Part shown: positions 16,320 through 20,000 of the stretch, one piece after another | How positions within the stretch are numbered: position 1 is the first letter of the stretch | Layout: each line of letters opens with the position of its first letter | IMG/VR virus record: IMGVR_UViG_3300032087_002549 | DNA length: 20,000 nucleotides | Source of the DNA: an uncultured virus (IMG/VR IMGVR_UViG_3300032087_002549) | Taxonomy: Duplodnaviria; Heunggongvirae; Uroviricota; Caudoviricetes; Crassvirales | Direction: 5' to 3' (one strand) | Translations under genes and position numbers: made by a program | Notes under the pieces: model-generated | What the model was told of the DNA's origin: nothing | What the model saw: only the letters and a program-made list of their open reading frames with translations | Databases searched by the model: none

Positions 16320-16566
16320 CGCCACAAGGCTTACCATTAGCTATATTAACCCATTTTTCTTTTTGGAACCAATCACGTAGTGTAGCTCCTTTTTTTCTAG
16401 CGCCTTTTACATTAGACTTACTAGATCTTTTATATTTACCTTGAGCTGCAGCACTACGTTTAGCACGTATTACTTTTTGCTTTTCAGCTTTGCTCATGCT
16501 TTTGTATTTATTATATGGCAAACAAACTTTCTTTGTTCCACCACCTTTAATTTTACTTTTTGGCAT
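16312..16566 (-). CDS. small basic protein (84 aa)
   Basis: MPKSKIKGGGTKKVCLP...LRDWFQKEKWVNIANGKPCG; strongly Lys/Arg-rich. ATG at 16566 is preferred over GTG at 16587. Confidence 0.75.
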   Translation of the reverse strand: MPKSKIKGGGTKKVCLPYNKYKSMSKAEKQKVIRAKRSAAAQGKYKRSSKSNVKGARKKGATLRDWFQKEKWVNIANGKPCGAK

Positions 16567-16675
16567 TTTTAGGTTTTTTATGACCACATCCTTTCTTCAT
16601 AAGTGCTTTATGTTTTCTAAGACTACTTACATCATGGACAGATCCGTCCTTACAATACATTTTATGATTTTTCAT
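16553..16675 (-). CDS. small basic protein (40 aa)
   Basis: Read by eye: MKNHKMYCKDGSVHDVSSLRKHKALMKKGCGHKKPKNAKK; overlaps both neighbours. Confidence 0.6.
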   Translation of the reverse strand: MKNHKMYCKDGSVHDVSSLRKHKALMKKGCGHKKPKNAKK

Positions 16676-17054
16676 TTTTTGATTTTAAAGTTTTATTAGC
16701 ATCTTGTTCCCATGGTAATTTTCTACTCTTTGTATTTATTTGATCAGTAGCTATTTTTAAGCTTTTACCGCCTGGGTTAGCTTTCCATTTGTAGTATAAA
16801 CTATTAAATTGTAATTGAGGTTCATGATCTTTACCAAATAAACTCATTTGTCTTTTGTGTCCTTTTTCATGCTTTATAGTTTCAAGCATTTGTTTAGGTT
16901 TTAAATCTTTATTTACAAATATAGTTTTATTCTCATCAATATAACCCCAATGTTTGTTAGTAGGCATATCAACAAGCTTAACGACATTATCTAGTTTGTT
17001 AGAACTTGGATGCAAGCTTAACAACTGATGAAAAGATTTCATTTTAAATCCCAT
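16662..17054 (-). CDS. putative zinc metallopeptidase (HExxH)
   Basis: WGY......IFVNKDL......ETIKHEKGH..Q and LPWEQDA: a minimal zincin pattern. Confidence 0.6.
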   Translation of the reverse strand: MGFKMKSFHQLLSLHPSSNKLDNVVKLVDMPTNKHWGYIDENKTIFVNKDLKPKQMLETIKHEKGHKRQMSLFGKDHEPQLQFNSLYYKWKANPGGKSLKIATDQINTKSRKLPWEQDANKTLKSKNEKS

Positions 17055-17158
17055 TACTTCTTTTTTCTTCTAGTTTTTCTTTTGGTTTTTTTACCTTTTT
17101 TCTTTTCGTTTTTTGATGCCCAAACCGCTTTACGTTGAGCTGCACTAGCATATCCCAT
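17054..17158 (-). CDS. protamine-like basic peptide (34 aa)
   Basis: Read by eye: MGYASAAQRKAVWASKNEKKKGKKTKRKTRRKKK; TAATG overlaps at both ends. Confidence 0.65.
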   Translation of the reverse strand: MGYASAAQRKAVWASKNEKKKGKKTKRKTRRKKK

Positions 17159-17247
17159 TATCTTCTTTTTTTAATTTTTACACAACTACCTTTAGAGTAT
17201 TTTTTAGTGCCAGCTTTTCTTTTGTAGCCTTTCCAGCACTTAGGCAT
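17158..17247 (-). CDS. basic peptide with CWKGY...CVK motif (29 aa)
   Basis: Read by eye: MPKCWKGYKRKAGTKKYSKGSCVKIKKRR; TAATG overlap with the next gene. Confidence 0.7.
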   Translation of the reverse strand: MPKCWKGYKRKAGTKKYSKGSCVKIKKRR

Positions 17248-17251
17248 ATAA

Positions 17252-17392
17252 TTATTTTTTACCACCTTTTCCCATTTTACCTGGTCCGCCTTTTTTAGTG
17301 CATCTTACACCCCATCCTGAAGCGTAGGCGCTAGGCCATACTTTAAATTTTCTTTTTGCAGCTGATTTACAAGCTGGACTAATTTTTCCCAT
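17252..17392 (-). CDS. basic peptide with KVWPSAYASG motif (46 aa)
   Basis: Read by eye: MGKISPACKSAAKRKFKVWPSAYASGWGVRCTKKGGPGKMGKGGKK. Confidence 0.7.
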   Translation of the reverse strand: MGKISPACKSAAKRKFKVWPSAYASGWGVRCTKKGGPGKMGKGGKK

Positions 17393-17606
17393 TTCCTTTA
17401 ATTTTTTCGATTGAACTAATACCAAAGCAACCTAGTGTAACCCATACAAATGAGTTATAAACTACTTCATTAATAATAAGATCTTTTTCAGCTATCACAC
17501 TTGTTGCTAAATCTGCTACAGCAAATAATGTCATTACTATAAATGACATAAATCCTATAACATTTTTTTCATTAATTTCGTTTTTATCTTTAAATAATGC
17601 CCACAT
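17379..17606 (-). CDS. two-TM membrane protein, holin candidate
   Basis: Two hydrophobic stretches (VIGFMSFIVMTLFAVADL; VVYNSFVWVTLGCFGI), charged C-terminus, close to the endolysin. Confidence 0.55.
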   Translation of the reverse strand: MWALFKDKNEINEKNVIGFMSFIVMTLFAVADLATSVIAEKDLIINEVVYNSFVWVTLGCFGISSIEKIKGNGKN

Positions 17607-17611
17607 AATAT

Positions 17612-17779
17612 TTATTTTTTACCACCGCGTGAATATGGAAATAAAGCATTCATAGCTTTACGCCTACCTTCACAACCACATGGTATATTTAAACCTTTTG
17701 ATACTCTATCTACAGCTGTCTTAATGCCAGTCTTAGTAGTGAATTTATGTATAGTGTCTCCTAATCCTCTTGATTTCAT
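17612..17779 (-). CDS. hypothetical phage protein (GLGDT...CGC family, 55 aa)
   Basis: MKSRGLGDTIHKFT..TGIK..V......PCGC..RR..MN..FPY. ATG at 17779 avoids overlap with the upstream gene. Confidence 0.7.
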   Translation of the reverse strand: MKSRGLGDTIHKFTTKTGIKTAVDRVSKGLNIPCGCEGRRKAMNALFPYSRGGKK

Positions 17780-17783
17780 AATA

Positions 17784-18041
17784 TTAACATTTCCATCTAC
17801 GTCTAGCAGCTTTACCTCTTTCACCGGTCCAACCTTTTGATCTAGCGCAAAATGATTTTCTTCGTTTAGCAGCTTTACTACCAGGCTTTACTTTACCTGT
17901 TACTGCTGTTTTTAATTTACTACCAGGGTTTTTACGTTTATAAGCTGCAACTCCTTTTTTAGTCATACCAGCACCTTCTTTAGTAGTTCTAAAGTTTCTA
18001 TTCTTACCTTTAGTAGTTTTTCTTACGTCTGGTTTTGGCAT
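17784..18041 (-). CDS. small basic protein (DUF6321-like)
   Basis: GMTKKGVAAY.R.NPGSKLKTAVT...KRRKSFCARS...ARRRWKC, a recurrent marine phage motif. The DUF assignment is from memory. Confidence 0.75.
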   Translation of the reverse strand: MPKPDVRKTTKGKNRNFRTTKEGAGMTKKGVAAYKRKNPGSKLKTAVTGKVKPGSKAAKRRKSFCARSKGWTGERGKAARRRWKC

Positions 18042-18043
18042 AA

Positions 18044-18463
18044 TTAATTATTTTTTTTAGGATTATCTTTTGCTGGATTAGGTGGGTTTATAACTGGTCT
18101 ATTTGGCGGTCTATTAATAGTTGGCGTATTATTATTATTATAATTGCTATTACCACTATACAAAGGTTTATGTACGTTGTACAAACCTGGATGATAATAT
18201 GGTTTATCCCATCTAGTGTAGTAACCGTTGTATGGTCTATACCAATCATAACCAACCACGTTATATACTACGTTAGGTCTTATATCTCTGATAGGTATTT
18301 TTAAAGTATCACCGTTTTCAGTTAATGCTAACACGTGAGTTACTTGAGGCCCTTTGCTTTGATAATAATAAGGTGAACAACTAGCTAACATAGCAAGTAA
18401 TAATATTGCTAGTAAAACTGTTATTGATATTACTCTACCTAAGTCTCTTTCTTTATCTGTCAT
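18044..18463 (-). CDS. lipoprotein with Pro/Asn-rich tail, possible outer-membrane spanin
   Basis: Hydrophobic signal plus lipobox LAS-C (Cys29), Pro-rich C-terminus, ATGA overlap with the endolysin stop. Confidence 0.6.
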   Translation of the reverse strand: MTDKERDLGRVISITVLLAILLLAMLASCSPYYYQSKGPQVTHVLALTENGDTLKIPIRDIRPNVVYNVVGYDWYRPYNGYYTRWDKPYYHPGLYNVHKPLYSGNSNYNNNNTPTINRPPNRPVINPPNPAKDNPKKNN

Positions 18464-18921
18464 ATTACCATGTATTTAGTCTTACCGTTTTCATGATAAG
18501 CTTTTAAACATCTTTTTCTGTTTTCACCTGGATTTACATAGCTTACGTGTACCCACGCTGGATTACTATCATCACCAAACTCCCATATCATTTGATCAAA
18601 CTCTAAGTTTTCTTTAATAAACTTATACATATCACAATTTTTCATGTGACCAAACGTGTCGTCTATATCCATTGCTTGACCGTGACAATGTTGTGATTTT
18701 GCTGACCCACCGATTGCAGCATTAAGTTCAGGTCCACGATAAAACGAATTTATCTTTATAGGACCTCCTACGTGCATTCTAAGAGGTTCAAATACTTTTT
18801 CTGCTAATAGCTTCATGTTTTGTAAATGAGCATCAGAGGGATCGTTTTTTAAACCAAGTCTCAAAGCAGTTATACTATATACACCTTCTTTGTAACTTAT
18901 ATGTTTACTTATTTTATCCAT
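18460..18921 (-). CDS. endolysin, peptidase M15A family
   Basis: PIKINSFYR...LN..IGG...SQH..GQAMDI ... FDQMIWE......WVHVSY (H-x6-D...H zinc ligands). Confidence 0.88.
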   Translation of the reverse strand: MDKISKHISYKEGVYSITALRLGLKNDPSDAHLQNMKLLAEKVFEPLRMHVGGPIKINSFYRGPELNAAIGGSAKSQHCHGQAMDIDDTFGHMKNCDMYKFIKENLEFDQMIWEFGDDSNPAWVHVSYVNPGENRKRCLKAYHENGKTKYMVI

Positions 18922-19057
18922 TTTTAATTGCTTTTTTGACAGCTCTAGCTTTAGCTTTTATTTTAGCTGCTTTAGCTATTATAATATCATCTACTGTAGT
19001 TTTACTCCACAGTAAAGTCCATACGTCTTTCCAGTATTGTTTTGTTAATTTCCACAT
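18914..19057 (-). CDS. amphipathic cationic peptide (47 aa)
   Basis: Read by eye: MWKLTKQYWKDVWTLLWSKTTVDDIIIAKAAKIKAKARAVKKAIKNG; overlaps the endolysin start by 8 bp. Confidence 0.65.
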   Translation of the reverse strand: MWKLTKQYWKDVWTLLWSKTTVDDIIIAKAAKIKAKARAVKKAIKNG

Positions 19058-19068
19058 AATTTATTTAT

Positions 19069-19110
19069 TTAGCATCCGCAACAAAACGGACAGTTAGGTA
19101 TTCCACACAT
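19069..19110 (-). CDS. Cys-rich micropeptide MCGIPNCPFCCGC (13 aa)
   Basis: ATG 3 bp after the thioredoxin-like stop, TAA at 19069-19071. It has 5 Cys in 13 codons and is a GC-richer patch filling most of the gap. Confidence 0.5.
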   Translation of the reverse strand: MCGIPNCPFCCGC

Positions 19111-19113
19111 ATC

Positions 19114-19527
19114 TTAAAATTTACTTGCATTATTAATTTCATTAATGGCTTCTTGAATATCGTTTAAATCTGCTGGTAGCATTAAATCTAAACCAGCTTT
19201 AAAAACAGTTTCTTTTATACCGTCTTTAAATATTATTAACGTGGGTGCCATACGAACCCTGTATTTCTTTTTTGCTTCAGGAGCTTTTGATATATCAACT
19301 CTATAATAAACAGCGTTTTTTATTGTTTCCCACTCAGCAAAGCAATTAGCTTCATTAAATTTAGCCCAAAACTCTACAACAATAGGTTTTGTTTCATCAT
19401 CACCAAAAGCATTGTTACTGTTTATTTTATCTTCAAAATTTGAATCATCTATCCAATATTTTTCTGGAACGTCTTGTTGTGCAAATGATATAAATGGTAT
19501 TAAAATTAAAATTAAAATGTTTTTCAT
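19114..19527 (-). CDS. secreted thioredoxin-fold protein lacking the CxxC motif
   Basis: Signal peptide MKNILILILIPFISFA, then PIVVEFWAKFN (thioredoxin has VDFWAPWC), YRVD, Y.V...PTLIIFKDG (cis-Pro loop). Confidence 0.75.
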   Translation of the reverse strand: MKNILILILIPFISFAQQDVPEKYWIDDSNFEDKINSNNAFGDDETKPIVVEFWAKFNEANCFAEWETIKNAVYYRVDISKAPEAKKKYRVRMAPTLIIFKDGIKETVFKAGLDLMLPADLNDIQEAINEINNASKF

Positions 19528-19811
19528 TATTTATTTTTTTGTATTTCATATAATCTTTCATCAATTTTATCTAATTGATCTCTCATAGCCTCAACATCTT
19601 CTTGAGTATCCATAATTGTTTGGCGTATTAACTCGTCTTTCAGATCATACTCTATTCTATCAATAACTGGAGCGGGAAGCTCTTTCGCCTCAGCTATATC
19701 GGCTTGTAAAGTAAACCACATTGCTGCCAAGCTAAATATGCCTGCACCAGCTAAACCTATAGTTTTTAAATCTATTGTAACTTTAGTTTCTTCTGATATT
19801 TGTTTTGCCAT
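19527..19811 (-). CDS. single-TM protein with C-terminal coiled coil
   Basis: Hydrophobic IGLAGAGIFSLAAMWFTL followed by heptad-like TQEDVEAMRDQLDKIDERLYEI. Confidence 0.7.
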   Translation of the reverse strand: MAKQISEETKVTIDLKTIGLAGAGIFSLAAMWFTLQADIAEAKELPAPVIDRIEYDLKDELIRQTIMDTQEDVEAMRDQLDKIDERLYEIQKNK

Positions 19812-19812
19812 T

Positions 19813-19998
19813 TTATTTATCTTTTAATTCTTCAATTATTGACATTAATTTGTCTACATCTTTCTGTAGGTATTCAATTCTTAAATCTTGTTTAGCATCA
19901 TCAGGTAATGCACCCATTTCACCTCTTGGCCATTTAATTCTAAATTCATCGTTTAGTGTTTGGTTATATTCTAACCTAACAAGCGTGGAGTCTATAGC
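19813..19998 (-). CDS. hypothetical phage protein, 3' part (start beyond window edge)
   Basis: Frame is open from the edge: AIDSTLVRLEYNQTLNDEFRIKWPRGEMGALPDDAKQDLRIEYLQKDVDKL...KDK*; stop lies 1 bp before the next ATG. Confidence 0.7.
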   Translation of the reverse strand, partial: AIDSTLVRLEYNQTLNDEFRIKWPRGEMGALPDDAKQDLRIEYLQKDVDKLMSIIEELKDK

Positions 19999-20000
19999 TC

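Noticed and set aside
16490..16699. Plus-strand hydrophobic ORF resembling a membrane protein
   Set aside because: The Phe/Leu richness is the reverse complement of Lys-rich minus-strand genes.
18050..18150. Short repeats (INRPPNRPVINPPNP, poly-Asn)
   Set aside because: Low-complexity coding sequence of the lipoprotein tail, not a separate element.
1..20000. Stop-codon reassignment as in some crAss-like phages
   Set aside because: Known proteins are full length in the standard code, and TAG, TGA and TAA all end genes right at the next start.
1..20000. CRISPR array, tRNA, rRNA, IS elements
   Set aside because: The window is almost entirely tiled by CDSs; I saw no repeat-spacer pattern, cloverleaf or transposase.

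Overview
AT-rich, gene-dense segment of a tailed dsDNA phage, probably marine and infecting Bacteroidota (no Shine-Dalgarno sites, A/T-rich start regions, many overlapping stop/start codons). Positions 1-16319 (+ strand) form a replication and nucleotide module: DNA ligase 3' end, pyrimidine-dimer glycosylase-like protein, 3D-domain protein, sigma factor, ERF annealase, RecE-like exonuclease, SSB, primase-helicase, a thymidylate-synthase-family enzyme, two MazG-like proteins, T7 endonuclease I-like resolvase and nrdB/nrdA. A seven-gene sugar cassette follows: JmjC dioxygenase, small ORF, cupin, KdsB, methyltransferase, KdsA, CDI/GT8-like glycosyltransferase, capped by an eighth gene, a GT29 sialyltransferase-like protein. 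Positions 16312-20000 (- strand) are the end of a late module: M15 endolysin, lipoprotein, holin candidate, a CxxC-less secreted thioredoxin-fold protein with a 13-aa Cys-rich peptide, and a run of tiny basic proteins. Main leads: (1) the apparent thyA has the Asp specificity residue and motifs of T4 gp42 dCMP hydroxymethylase, implying modified cytosine in the genome; (2) a phage-encoded Kdo synthesis, CMP-activation and GT29-transfer pathway with unknown acceptor (modified DNA, virion protein or host surface). All calls are from motif recognition by eye; no searches were run.
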